DNA of 64,000 bases, the filler included, from an uncultured bacterium (GTDB lineage: Bacteria > DAOPZR01), in NCBI GenBank assembly GCA_964637655.1. It is 21 parts of 21 records of this genome, joined end to end, with 100 filler letters (N's around TTAATTAATTAA, not from the genome) between each part and the next. Parts side by side here need not be neighbours in the genome. Positions count along the whole stretch, not along the records: positions 9,752 to 12,884 come from CAZWUZ010000367.1; positions 12,985 to 16,095 come from CAZWUZ010000368.1; positions 16,196 to 19,281 come from CAZWUZ010000369.1; positions 19,382 to 22,442 come from CAZWUZ010000370.1; 17 more parts are not named here. One strand, 5' to 3'. The notes below the pieces were generated by a model. The model was not told where the DNA came from, made no database searches, and worked only from the letters and a program-made list of their open reading frames with translations. The position numbers and the translations under genes are program-made. How positions within the stretch are numbered: the first letter of the stretch is position 1; each line of letters opens with the position of its first letter. Below are positions 9,810 to 19,677 of this stretch, in pieces.

Positions 9810-11705
9810 TCAGCGGATCAGGTAGCCGCCCTGCCATTCCGCCACCACGCCCTGCGCGTCGATACGCACGGTGACGGGACGCCACGAACCGCGCGGCGCG
9901 GTTGCCGCCCCGGGGCTGTCATAGGCGAGCAGGTACTCACCACCGGCGACCGCCAGCAGGTGCCGGACGAGCAGGTGCGGCTGGTAGTCCGTCAGCGCCA
10001 TGCGCGGGACGGCACTTCCCGACCCGCCGGCAGCAACCACCCGGACCGGCACGTGGTTGAGCCGGGCGCGCTGCAGGGCGCGTTGCACGGCCGCATTTTC
10101 CGTCCAGCGGTCGCTGGCGATAACCAGCGCGCGCCGCGCACTGGCCTGCTGCAGCACCCGCACCGCATCGTCGATGAGTTCGTCGAGCGGGCGCGGCGGA
10201 CCGGGTGCCGCCGCCGCCTGCGCCTGTTCGAGCAGGGCCGTGCGCGTCGCCGCCCAGCCCGCCGGCGGCGCGGCAGCGCGTCCCCAGACTTGCGCCCGCG
10301 TCCCTGCCGGCAGTTCGCGCCACAGCCCGTGCGCGAACTGTTCCGGGGCGAGCCGGTCGCTGCCGAGCCCGAGAATAATCACCTGCCACCGGGACGAAAG
10401 TTCCTCGCGCGCCGAAAACAGCACGGGATGCACCGGCACGCCCGCCTCGGTCACCCGCACCTGGCGCGCGGTCAGCCCGGTCAGCGGCACGCCACCGGCG
10501 CCCCAGACCCCGAGACGGAACGACACCGTCGGCAGCAGGTCGGTGCCCGGCGTCAGCGGCGTCAGCACGGCACGGTTGCGTCCCGCCGCCGGCGCGCCGA
10601 AACGGTAGAGCCGCGCCGCGGCCCCCGCATAGTCCACGACAGCGACGAGACCGTCCTGCACCTGCACCGCGGCGGGCGCCCGCCCGCCGATGCGCGTCCC
10701 TTCCGCATCCCGCAGCCGCCCGATCAGTTCACCCTCCGGCGTGAAGGCGAAGAGCCCGCGGTCGCGGTCGGCGACAAACACCGTCTCGTCGTCATACGCC
10801 ACCCCGCGCGGGGACCCGAGCACGTCCTGCCCGTACGCCGCCAGCCAGTTGCCCGAAAGATCGAACCGCGCGACGCGCCGGTTGCCCGCGTCCGTCACCT
10901 GCACTTCCCCGGGCGGCAGCGCCACCCCGGTAGGCCCGTCCAGTTCGCCGTCACCGTCACCGCGCCGGCCGCAGAGCAGCAGGAAGCGCCCGTCCGCGGA
11001 GTATTTCTGGATGCGGTGATTGCCGTTGTCCGCGACATAGACCGCGCCGTCGTCGTCGACCGCGAGTCCCTCGGGCCCGAGCAGTTCGCCCGGGGCGGAC
11101 CCGCGCGCACCGCAGCGCAGCAGTTCCGTCCCGTCGGCCGCAAGGCGAACGAGACAGTGCGCGCGGAAATCGGAGACCCAGATACTGCCGTCGGGCGCCA
11201 CCGCGACCCCGTACGGAGCGCCGCGGTACAAGGTGCGCCGCCAGGTGCCGTCAGCGGCAAACTGCTCGACCGCGCCGCTGCCGAGCGCGGCCACGAGGAG
11301 ATCACCCGACGGCAGCAGGGCGATGCCGGTCGGGCTGACAAAAGCGCCGCGTCCCTCGACGGCGCCGTCAATGACCCGCACCAGCGTGTGGTGAAACCGG
11401 TCCGGGACCGGCGCGTGGAGAAAGACCGCGCGCAGCGCGGCAGCCGCCGCCGTGTCACCGGCCGCCGTGTACACCGCCACCGCCGCCGCCGGGTCACCGT
11501 CCCGCACCAGCGCCGCCGCCTGCCAGGCCACCGCCCGCGTGTCCGCCGGCGCCACCGCATGCGCGAGGAAGGATGCCGCCTCCGCGTATTCCCCCTCGCC
11601 GAGCGCCGCCAGGCCGCGCTGCAGCGCCAGGTCGCGCGGCGCCGCCGCCGCGCCCGCCAGGCAGAGCAGCGCCAGCAAACAGAGCAGTCGCCCCGCGCGT
11701 TTCAC
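9810..11705 (-). CDS. Secreted NHL-repeat beta-propeller protein with N-terminal TPR-like and C-terminal VWA-like regions
   Basis: Signal peptide. Repeated PxGIA/V...VYVADxGNxRIQxF NHL units. Confidence 0.75.
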   Translation of the reverse strand: MKRAGRLLCLLALLCLAGAAAAPRDLALQRGLAALGEGEYAEAASFLAHAVAPADTRAVAWQAAALVRDGDPAAAVAVYTAAGDTAAAAALRAVFLHAPVPDRFHHTLVRVIDGAVEGRGAFVSPTGIALLPSGDLLVAALGSGAVEQFAADGTWRRTLYRGAPYGVAVAPDGSIWVSDFRAHCLVRLAADGTELLRCGARGSAPGELLGPEGLAVDDDGAVYVADNGNHRIQKYSADGRFLLLCGRRGDGDGELDGPTGVALPPGEVQVTDAGNRRVARFDLSGNWLAAYGQDVLGSPRGVAYDDETVFVADRDRGLFAFTPEGELIGRLRDAEGTRIGGRAPAAVQVQDGLVAVVDYAGAAARLYRFGAPAAGRNRAVLTPLTPGTDLLPTVSFRLGVWGAGGVPLTGLTARQVRVTEAGVPVHPVLFSAREELSSRWQVIILGLGSDRLAPEQFAHGLWRELPAGTRAQVWGRAAAPPAGWAATRTALLEQAQAAAAPGPPRPLDELIDDAVRVLQQASARRALVIASDRWTENAAVQRALQRARLNHVPVRVVAAGGSGSAVPRMALTDYQPHLLVRHLLAVAGGEYLLAYDSPGAATAPRGSWRPVTVRIDAQGVVAEWQGGYLIR

Positions 11706-11706
11706 G

Positions 11707-12801
11707 TCAGCGCAGTTCCGTCAGGGCCGCCGCCGCTTCCACCGCCCACTTGTCGGACGGGTACTGGCGGCGCAGCATCTCGAAGAAGCGGATGGCATTG
11801 GTACGGTCGTCAATCTGCTGATAGAGGTGCCCGACGGCAAACAGCGCCTCGGGCACCATCGGGTCGCGCGGATAGCGGTCGAGCAGCATCTGCAGCGTGT
11901 CAATGGCGGGCGCGAACTGGCCCTGCTGCTGATAGCAGACGCTGATGTTGTAGTAGGCGCGCGCGCCCTGGTTCGGGTCGACGTTGCCGCCCGCAAGATA
12001 GGCCTGATAACTGCGGATGGCCGGGGCGAACTGTCCCTGCTGCTGCAGCGCCTCGCCCATGTTGAACTGCGCATCGACCGCCTGCTCGCTGTCCGGCTGC
12101 ATGCGGATGATCGTCTCGTAATTCTGCACTTCGAGTTTCTTGAGGCATTCGGCCAGCCGCTCCTTCGCCTGCCCCGCCAGCTCGCTCTGCGGAAAATCAG
12201 CCAGCAGCTGCTTGTACTGCTCGACCGCCATCTTGTAGTCGCCTGCCTGGTAGCGCGCCTCACCCTGCGCGAAGAGCTGCTCGTCACCCGCGGAGATCAC
12301 CCCGCGCAGCGACGGCACCAGTTGCGTGATCCCGAGGATGAGCACCGCGAACAGCAGCAGCGCGTTGATCCCCAGCCAGATATAGACCTGGCGCGAGCGC
12401 CGCCGCGGAAACTCCGGGGCCGCCGCCTCGGGCACCGGTTCCGCCGCGGCCGGGGCGGCCACCACCGGAGCCGGGGGCGGTGCGGTCACCGCCGCGGGGG
12501 CAGGAGCCGGCACTGCCGCCGGCTCCGGGGCCGCTGCGGGTTCTGCCGGTGGCGCCGCCGCCGGCACCGCCGCCACCGGGGCCGCGGCCGGCGGAGCGGC
12601 GGGCGTGCGCGCGGCAAAGAACCGGTCGATGGTCTGCTCGTCGGCGTGGCGCAGGCAGCGCCCGATGGTGCTCGATGCCCACTTGCGGCAGGGGGTGCCG
12701 TCCGCCTGCGGCGCCCCGCAGATGGTATGCCCTTCCGCCTTCTCGGTATCGATAACCTGCTGGACGTACTCGGGCGACCAGCCCGGGTCGATGACCGCCA
12801 T
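11707..12801 (-). CDS. Membrane-anchored TPR (BamD/CpoB-like) protein with N-terminal CCCH motif and Pro/Ala linker
   Basis: C-x9-C-x10-C-x2-H at the N-terminus, one TM, multiple TPR units (YQAGDYKMAVEQYKQLLADFPQS). Confidence 0.8.
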   Translation of the reverse strand: MAVIDPGWSPEYVQQVIDTEKAEGHTICGAPQADGTPCRKWASSTIGRCLRHADEQTIDRFFAARTPAAPPAAAPVAAVPAAAPPAEPAAAPEPAAVPAPAPAAVTAPPPAPVVAAPAAAEPVPEAAAPEFPRRRSRQVYIWLGINALLLFAVLILGITQLVPSLRGVISAGDEQLFAQGEARYQAGDYKMAVEQYKQLLADFPQSELAGQAKERLAECLKKLEVQNYETIIRMQPDSEQAVDAQFNMGEALQQQGQFAPAIRSYQAYLAGGNVDPNQGARAYYNISVCYQQQGQFAPAIDTLQMLLDRYPRDPMVPEALFAVGHLYQQIDDRTNAIRFFEMLRRQYPSDKWAVEAAAALTELR

Positions 12802-13074
12802 CCGTTGCCGCCCTCCCCGTCGCGCGGCTGGAGCAGGGCTGACAGGTCGGTGCCCAGCAGGTCACCGAGCGAGACACCGCCGCCNNNNNNNNNNNNNNNN
12901 NNNNNNNNNNNNNNNNNNNNNNNNNNNNTTAATTAATTAANNNNNNNNNNNNNNNNNNNNNNNNNNNNNNNNNNNNNNNNNNNNAGATTTCAAGGTAAAT
13001 GGCGGAAAAATGACGGCTATTGTGTAATATATGACTGATATATAGTACTGTAATACATAGCGTAATAAAAAGTA

Positions 13075-13103
13075 TTGACAAAATGCATACCAACAGGTAA
13101 AAT
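13075..13103 (+). promoter_or_regulatory. Sigma70-type promoter
   Basis: TTGACA-17bp-TAAAAT in an AT-rich region upstream of the ATPase gene. Confidence 0.7.
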
Positions 13104-13115
13104 AATGCTGTAAAT

Positions 13116-14327
13116 ATGCATAGTAAGGTGAGCAGAATGAAGAAGACGAAAAATGAAGTGCACCGGCTGCTGAGCGTGCCGGAAACGAGTTTTTTCCTGT
13201 TCGGGCCGCGCGGGACCGGCAAATCGACCTGGGTGCGCGCGACCTTTCCGGACGCACTCTACATCGATCTGCTCCGGGAAGAGGTGCGCTTCCCCTATCT
13301 GGCGCGGCCGGAGCGGTTCGCGGCGCAGGTCGAGGCATTGCCGGACAAGGCGGTAATCGTAGTTGACGAAATTCAGAAGGCACCCGCATTGCTCGATGCG
13401 ATTCACCGCCTGCTCGAGATGAAGCGGGGCTGGCGTTTTATCCTCACCGGCTCGAGTGCGCGCAAATTGAAGCGCGCCGGGGTCAATCTGCTTGGCGGCA
13501 GGGCGCTGCTGCGCCGGATGCATCCGTTCCTGGCCTGCGAACTGGGGGATGAATTTTCGCTTGAGCAGGCGCTGAACTGCGGCCTGCTGCCGGTTGTCCG
13601 GGACGCGCTGCAACCGGATGAGCAGTTGCGCGCCTACGTGGCGCTCTATGTGCATGAAGAGGTGGAGCATGAGGGCATCGTGCGCCGGATCGAAATGTTC
13701 CACCGCTTTCTTGAGGCGGTTGCCTTTTCGCACAGCGGAATTTTGAATGTGGCTAATCTGGCCCGCGAATGCGGCACAACCCGGCGTTCTATCGACGGGT
13801 ATCTGCAGGTGCTCGAAGACCTGCATTTTTCTTTCCGTCTGCCGGTATTCACGCGGCGGGCGAAACGCGCGCCTGCCGGGCACCCGAAATTCTACCTGTT
13901 CGATGCCGGGGTATATCGCGCGCTGCGTCCGGCCGGCCCGCTTGACCATCCGGCCGAGATCGACGGGCAGGCGCTGGAGGGGCTGGTGGCGCAGCATCTG
14001 CGCGCCTGGCTTGACTATCGCGGCCGGAAGAATGCGCTCTACTTCTGGCGCAACCGCAGCGGGGCCGAGGTGGACTTCGTGGTGTATGGCGAGGACGGAC
14101 TTTGGGCGATTGAAGTCAAGAATACCGGTCAGGAACGACGCGAAGATGTGCGTGGCCTGCGCGCGTTTCTAGCCGAATATCCGACGGCGCGCGCCGTCTG
14201 CCTGTACCGCGGGGGAACCCGCGCGCTGCTTGACCGGCGCGTGCTGCTCATGCCCTGCGCGGAATTCCTGCAACGCCTGTCGCCCGCTGCCGGTCTGGAA
14301 GCAGCAGTCTGCTGGCCGGACGCCTGA
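13116..14327 (+). CDS. AAA+ ATPase with DUF4143 (COG1373-type) and C-terminal PD-(D/E)XK-like motif
   Basis: GPRGTGKS, VDEIQK, LTGSSAR, PKFYLFDAG, EVDFVV...AIEVK. Start could be 13137. Confidence 0.9.
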   Translation: MHSKVSRMKKTKNEVHRLLSVPETSFFLFGPRGTGKSTWVRATFPDALYIDLLREEVRFPYLARPERFAAQVEALPDKAVIVVDEIQKAPALLDAIHRLLEMKRGWRFILTGSSARKLKRAGVNLLGGRALLRRMHPFLACELGDEFSLEQALNCGLLPVVRDALQPDEQLRAYVALYVHEEVEHEGIVRRIEMFHRFLEAVAFSHSGILNVANLARECGTTRRSIDGYLQVLEDLHFSFRLPVFTRRAKRAPAGHPKFYLFDAGVYRALRPAGPLDHPAEIDGQALEGLVAQHLRAWLDYRGRKNALYFWRNRSGAEVDFVVYGEDGLWAIEVKNTGQERREDVRGLRAFLAEYPTARAVCLYRGGTRALLDRRVLLMPCAEFLQRLSPAAGLEAAVCWPDA

Positions 14328-14355
14328 TGACATCACTCGCGGAGCGACAATAGAC

Positions 14356-14910
14356 ATGCTGCGGCGGCTCTTCGACATCGTTTTTGCACTCATCGGGCTG
14401 CTCGTCTTCATGGTCCCCGGGGCGTGCATTGCCGCGCTCATCTATGCCGAGGACCGCGGGAGCGTCTTTTTCCGGCAGACCCGCTACGGCAGGAACAAGC
14501 AGCCGTTTACCATCCTCAAGTTCCGCACCATGCACAACGAGGTGGTGACACGCGTCGGGTCCTACTTGCGTCGCACGGGGATCGACGAAGTGCTGCAATT
14601 CATCAATGTGCTGCGCGGCGAGATGAGCATGGTCGGGCCGCGCCCGCTGCCGGTCGAGGATATCGAGCGTTACGACCTCTTCGCGCCTGCCTACGACCTG
14701 CGGTGGACGGTCAAACCCGGTGTGACGGGGCCGGGGCAACTATACTACAACAAGTTCAACGGCGCGGGGCCGTGGCTGCTCGATTGCCACTACATCCGCC
14801 ACAATACGCGTCGGCAGGACTTCTGCATTATCCTCGTCTCGTTTGCCGCAAACCTGCTCGGCAAGCAGAAAATCAGGCGCTGGCTGTGGCGACGAAAACG
14901 CTCGCGGTAA
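14356..14910 (+). CDS. Sugar transferase (phosphoglycosyl transferase, Bac_transf)
   Basis: KFRTM, IDEVLQFINVLRGEMSMVGPRP, VKPGVTG. Confidence 0.9.
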   Translation: MLRRLFDIVFALIGLLVFMVPGACIAALIYAEDRGSVFFRQTRYGRNKQPFTILKFRTMHNEVVTRVGSYLRRTGIDEVLQFINVLRGEMSMVGPRPLPVEDIERYDLFAPAYDLRWTVKPGVTGPGQLYYNKFNGAGPWLLDCHYIRHNTRRQDFCIILVSFAANLLGKQKIRRWLWRRKRSR

Positions 14911-16095
14911 GTTTCATCCTGCCGGCGCTGACCGAGGCGACGAGCCCGTTCTGGCGCCCCATCAAGTATTCCCTGTTCCCGCCGCTCGGGTTGGCGACGC
15001 TGGCGGGCTATCTCGACCCCGGTGACACGGCGGTCATTCATGACGAGCATGTGGAACGCCTCGCTCTCGACGATACGCCCGACCTCGTCGCCATCGAGGT
15101 CTATATCACCAACGCGCAGCGTGCCTATGCCGTTGCCGACCATTACCGCCGCCGCGGCGTGCATGTCGTGCTGGGGGGATTGCACGTGACGGCGCTCCCC
15201 GACGAGGCGCGGCAGCATGCGGACACCATCGTTCTCGGGCCGGCGGAGGAGGCGTGGCCGCGTTTCCTGCGCGATTTCCGCGCCGGGCAGCCGCAGCGCG
15301 AGTACCGCTCGACGGAACGGACGCTGGCCGATCTGCCGCGCATCCGCCGCGACCTGCTGCAGCGGCATCTCTATCTTGTCCCCAACTCGCTGGTTGTCTC
15401 ACGCGGTTGCGTGCACAACTGCGATTTCTGCTATAAGGAAACGTTTTTCGGCGGCGGCCGCTCCTACTACACGTATACGGTCGACCGCGCCCTGCAGGAA
15501 ATCAGCGAACTCCCCGGGCGGCACCTCTTTTTCCTCGACGATAACCTGCTGGGCGATGCGACATTTGCTGCGGCGCTCTTCGACGGGATGCGCGGCATGC
15601 GCCGGCTCTTCCAGGGTGCGGCGACCGTGCAGGCGGTGCTGCAGCCCGGCCTGTTGGAGAAAGCCGCCGCAGCGGGGCTCAAGAGTTTGTTCATCGGGTT
15701 TGAGACGCTCGACCCGGAGAACATGCGCGCCCACAATAAGGCGCACAACCTCGGGCTCGATTATGCGCGGGCGGTGCAGCGGCTGCACGATCACGGGGTG
15801 ATGATCAACGGCAGTTTCGTCTTCGGCATGGACGGTGACGACACCGCGGTCTTCGCGCGGACGACGGAGTGGGCGCTCAGGTGCGGCATCGAGACGGCCA
15901 CCTTCCACATCCTCACCCCCTATCCCGGGACGCGGCTGCATGCGCGGATGCAGCAGGAGGGACGCATCACCTCGACTGACTGGGACCGCTACGACACGCG
16001 GCATGCGGTCTTTATGCCGAAGCGGATGACCGCGTCTGAACTGGAAGCGGGGTACCACCGCGCCTATGCCGATTTCTACGCTTGGCCGGCCAGAC
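14886..16095 (+). CDS. B12-binding domain radical SAM protein (3' truncated)
   Basis: PPLGLATLA, LGGLHVT, SRGCVHNCDFC. Confidence 0.9.
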
Positions 16096-16240
16096 NNNNN
16101 NNNNNNNNNNNNNNNNNNNNNNNNNNNNNNNNNNNNNNNTTAATTAATTAANNNNNNNNNNNNNNNNNNNNNNNNNNNNNNNNNNNNNNNNNNNNCTCCG
16201 CCACCGCTGCGGATAGTGACGAGGCACTGACCGTCCGCAT

Positions 16241-17443
16241 TTACAGGCTCTCTACAAACGCCCTGGCGAAACCGCTGCAGGAAACTTCCGTCGCCCCTTC
16301 GGTCTGCCGCGCCAGATCATAGGTGACGATGCGGTCCGCAATCGTTTTTTCCAGTCCGGCGACCACCAGCCGCGACGCTTCCTGCCAGCCGATAAAGTCG
16401 AGCATCATCACCGCCGAGAGAATGAGCGAGCCGGGATTGACCTTGTCCTGCCCCGCGTACTTGGGGGCGCTGCCGTGCGTCGCCTCGAACACGCCGATAC
16501 CGTCGCCGATATTGGCGCCCGGCGCCATCCCCAGGCCGCCCACCTGCGCCGCCGCGGCATCCGACAGGTAGTCGCCGTTGAGGTTGGGCGTGGCGAGCAC
16601 GCTGTACTCGTCGGGACGCAGCAGCAGCTGCTGGAACATCGAGTCGGCGATGATGTCTTTGACGACAACCTCATGCCCGTCCCGGCTGATGCGGCACCAC
16701 GGCCCCTTGTCGATGAGGGTGGCGCCGAACTCCTCGCGCGCCACGGCGTAGCCCCAGTCGCGGAACGCCCCCTCGGTGAACTTCATGATGTTCCCCTTGT
16801 GCACGATGGTGACGGACGGCAGTTTCTGCTGCAGCGCGTGGTTGATGGCGGCGCGCACGAGGCGTTTGCTCCCCATCTCGCTGATCGGCTTGATGCCGAT
16901 GCCGGCATCCTCGCGCAGCACGGTACCGACGGCTTCCTTGAGCGCCGCGCGCACCTTCGCCGCCTCGGGCGAACCCGCCTGCCACTCGATACCCGCGTAG
17001 ACGTCCTCGGTATTCTCGCGGTAGATGACGACGTTGACCTTCTCGGGATGCTTGAGCGGCGAGGGAACGCCGGTGAACCAGCGCACCGGGCGCACGCAGG
17101 CGTAGAGGTCGAGTTTCTGCCGCAACGTGACGTTGACCGAGCGGAACCCCCCGCCGACGGGTGTGGTCATCGGCCCCTTGAGCGCCACGCGACAGTCGGT
17201 GATGGTCTTGAGCACATCGTCGCCGAGCAGGTCCTTGCCCTGCGCCAGCGCCACTTCACCCGCGACCATCTCCTGCCAGCCGAGCGCGCGCTTCCCGCCG
17301 TAGGCCTTCGCCACCGCCGCGTCGATGACCAGTTTCGTCGCGCGCGTGATGTCGGGCCCGATACCGTCACCCGCGATGTACGGGATGACCGGGTGGTCCG
17401 GCACGCTGAGTTTGCCGTTGCTGAACGTGATGCGTTCTGCCAT
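16241..17443 (-). CDS. icd: Isocitrate dehydrogenase (NADP, E. coli-type)
   Basis: [53 protein letters not shown]. Confidence 0.95.
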   Translation of the reverse strand: MAERITFSNGKLSVPDHPVIPYIAGDGIGPDITRATKLVIDAAVAKAYGGKRALGWQEMVAGEVALAQGKDLLGDDVLKTITDCRVALKGPMTTPVGGGFRSVNVTLRQKLDLYACVRPVRWFTGVPSPLKHPEKVNVVIYRENTEDVYAGIEWQAGSPEAAKVRAALKEAVGTVLREDAGIGIKPISEMGSKRLVRAAINHALQQKLPSVTIVHKGNIMKFTEGAFRDWGYAVAREEFGATLIDKGPWCRISRDGHEVVVKDIIADSMFQQLLLRPDEYSVLATPNLNGDYLSDAAAAQVGGLGMAPGANIGDGIGVFEATHGSAPKYAGQDKVNPGSLILSAVMMLDFIGWQEASRLVVAGLEKTIADRIVTYDLARQTEGATEVSCSGFARAFVESL

Positions 17444-17467
17444 GTCCTTCTCCTCTGCTGTTCGTGG

Positions 17468-17941
17468 TCAGCGGTTGCCGACCGGTTTCACGGCGATGTC
17501 GATAGCGCGCGTCGGATTGCCGCGGGTGATGACATTGTACGACTGGGTCGAGATATACCGCAGCTTGCCGCTGGCGTCGTTCACCCGCACCTTCATGCTG
17601 TACGTGTTGCGTGCCTGAATATCCTCCGGCCGGTAGGCGATGCTGAACGGCACCTGTTGCTGCCCGGCAGTTGCGGGCAGCAGTATCTCCGCCACGGTTA
17701 CCGTCGCCGCATCAATCCGGCTGACATCTTCGAGTCGTACGCTGATGTGCATGTCCGCCGCCAGGACCGCACCGGCCGGCAGCATGATTGTCCCCTGCAC
17801 CGCGGCAGGCGTAGCCGGCGCAGAAACTGCCGGCGGCGGCGCGCCTGGCGTCCCGCTGCTGCAGCCCGCCAGACAGGCCAGCAGCAGCAGCGCTGCCAGC
17901 GCCGGGCGCGGGAGACATCTCATCACCGGGTCGCCGTTCAT
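17468..17941 (-). CDS. YbaY-family lipoprotein
   Basis: Lipobox LAGC. VRLEDVSRIDA...QVPFSIAY pattern. Confidence 0.8.
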   Translation of the reverse strand: MNGDPVMRCLPRPALAALLLLACLAGCSSGTPGAPPPAVSAPATPAAVQGTIMLPAGAVLAADMHISVRLEDVSRIDAATVTVAEILLPATAGQQQVPFSIAYRPEDIQARNTYSMKVRVNDASGKLRYISTQSYNVITRGNPTRAIDIAVKPVGNR

Positions 17942-19134
17942 TTCCGGTACGCGGTGATGACTTTACGCACCGCCACGATGACATCGTCGATATCCTGTTC
18001 CGTCAGCGCCGGGCTGAGCGGCAGCGAGAGCACGTCGCGCGACGCCTGCAGCGCCACGGGCCACTCCTCCGCCCGCAGATGGTAATGGTCGCGGTAGTAG
18101 GGATGGAGCGGGAGCGCCTGGAAATGCACGCTCACCCCGATATTTTCCTCCTGCAGCGCGCAGGCCACCTGGTTGCGGTCTTCGGTCAGGCGGTCGAGGG
18201 CGAGACGCACGACACAGATGTGGTACGCCGGCCGTCCGTAGTCGGGCACGGGGAGGAACTGCACCTCGGGGATGTCCGCCAGCCCGGCGCGATAGCGTTC
18301 GACCAGTCGCGTGCGGCAGGCGAGATTTTCCTCGAGCACGGCGAGGTGGTGCAGGCCGAGCGCCGCCGCCACGTCGGTCAGGTTGTACTTATAGCCCTGG
18401 CGCACGACCTCATAGGTGCGGAAGCCCTTGCTCGTGTAGCGGTTCCACGCCTGCGCCGAGAGCCCGTGCAGACGCAGTTCGCGCAGCAGCGCCGCCCCCG
18501 CATCGTCCGCGGTAGCGATCAGCCCGCCTTCGCCCATCGGCAGGTTCTTGGTGGCGTAAAACGAATAGCAGACATAGTCGCCGAACTGCGCGACGTTCTT
18601 CCCGCGATAGTGCGTCTCGCTCGCGTGCGCCGCGTCGACCACCACCTTCAGGTTGTGGCTGCGGGCGAGCATGAGCAGTTTGTCCATCGGGCAGGGGCTC
18701 CCCGCGTAATGGACGGGAATGATGGCCTTCGTGCGCGGGGTGATCTTCTCCGCCACGCGCACCGGGTCGAGGTTGATGAACTGCGGGTCGACATCGGCGA
18801 AGACCGGGACGGCACCGCAGTACTGAATGGCCTCGGCGGTCGCCACGAAGGTCATCGGGGTGGTGATCACTTCGTCACCCGGCCCCACCCCCGCCGCGAG
18901 CAGGGCGAGGTGCAGCGCCGCGGTGCAGGAATTGACCGCGATGCCGTGCCGGGCGCCGCAGTAGGCGGTGAACTGTTCCTCGAATTTCGCCACGCGCGGC
19001 CCGGTGGTCAGCCACCCCGAGCGGATGGCGTCGACCACCTCCGCGATGGCGGCCTCCTCGATTTTCGGGCGGGCGAACGAGAGAAAGTCCGCTCGCACCG
19101 GGGTACCGCCGTCGATTGCCAGTTTCCCGCTCAT
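17938..19134 (-). CDS. DegT/DnrJ/EryC1/StrS-family PLP sugar aminotransferase
   Basis: GWLTTGP, NSCTAALH, DAAHA, SFYATKNL, GEGG. Confidence 0.95.
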   Translation of the reverse strand: MSGKLAIDGGTPVRADFLSFARPKIEEAAIAEVVDAIRSGWLTTGPRVAKFEEQFTAYCGARHGIAVNSCTAALHLALLAAGVGPGDEVITTPMTFVATAEAIQYCGAVPVFADVDPQFINLDPVRVAEKITPRTKAIIPVHYAGSPCPMDKLLMLARSHNLKVVVDAAHASETHYRGKNVAQFGDYVCYSFYATKNLPMGEGGLIATADDAGAALLRELRLHGLSAQAWNRYTSKGFRTYEVVRQGYKYNLTDVAAALGLHHLAVLEENLACRTRLVERYRAGLADIPEVQFLPVPDYGRPAYHICVVRLALDRLTEDRNQVACALQEENIGVSVHFQALPLHPYYRDHYHLRAEEWPVALQASRDVLSLPLSPALTEQDIDDVIVAVRKVITAYRK

Positions 19135-19197
19135 GGTCTTTCCTGTCCGTGACTTTCGTGGCGCATCGTAGCTTTCCGACAGCATGCTGTCAACAAT

Positions 19198-19279
19198 TTG
19201 GCCGCAGCCTGTGCCCTCCATGGCGGCCGCGGCATGCGCCACCTCCTGTGGTTGGCCGCAGCCTGTGCCCTCCATGGCG
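19198..19279. repeat. 28-bp direct repeat x2 (period 54) at contig end
   Basis: TTGGCCGCAGCCTGTGCCCTCCATGGCG at 19198 and 19252. Confidence 0.8.
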
Positions 19280-19381
19280 ACNNNNNNNNNNNNNNNNNNN
19301 NNNNNNNNNNNNNNNNNNNNNNNNNTTAATTAATTAANNNNNNNNNNNNNNNNNNNNNNNNNNNNNNNNNNNNNNNNNNNN

Positions 19382-19675
19382 GACCTGATCCAACTGGCCC
19401 GCGGGCGTCAGGCGACCGTGCTGCTCTATAACGCACCGGTCAACCCGTCGGTGTCGCTGTTCTATGCGGATGAGTACCGGCAGTACCTCGAGCGGCTGCG
19501 GCAGCTCGGCAGTGAAACGGGCAGCCACTTCACTGACCTGGCGGACGCGGTGCCGCCCGGACAATGGGGCTATTGGATCGACGGGCCCGATCCGATACAT
19601 GTCGACGAGAGCGGTCATGTGACCATTGCCGACCGGTTGTTTGCCGCGTTCGGCCCGGTACTGCAGGCCGGCTGA
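19382..19675 (+). CDS. SGNH/GDSL-like protein, C-terminal fragment
   Basis: C-terminal DPIH (DxxH) motif. Lies immediately upstream of an MBOAT gene. Confidence 0.6.
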   Translation, partial: DLIQLARGRQATVLLYNAPVNPSVSLFYADEYRQYLERLRQLGSETGSHFTDLADAVPPGQWGYWIDGPDPIHVDESGHVTIADRLFAAFGPVLQAG

Positions 19676-19677
19676 CC

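Noticed and set aside
19198-19279. 28-bp repeat with 26-bp spacer as a possible CRISPR array
   Set aside because: Only two copies, short spacer, no cas genes, no CRISPR-type terminal motif. More like a REP or contig-end repeat.
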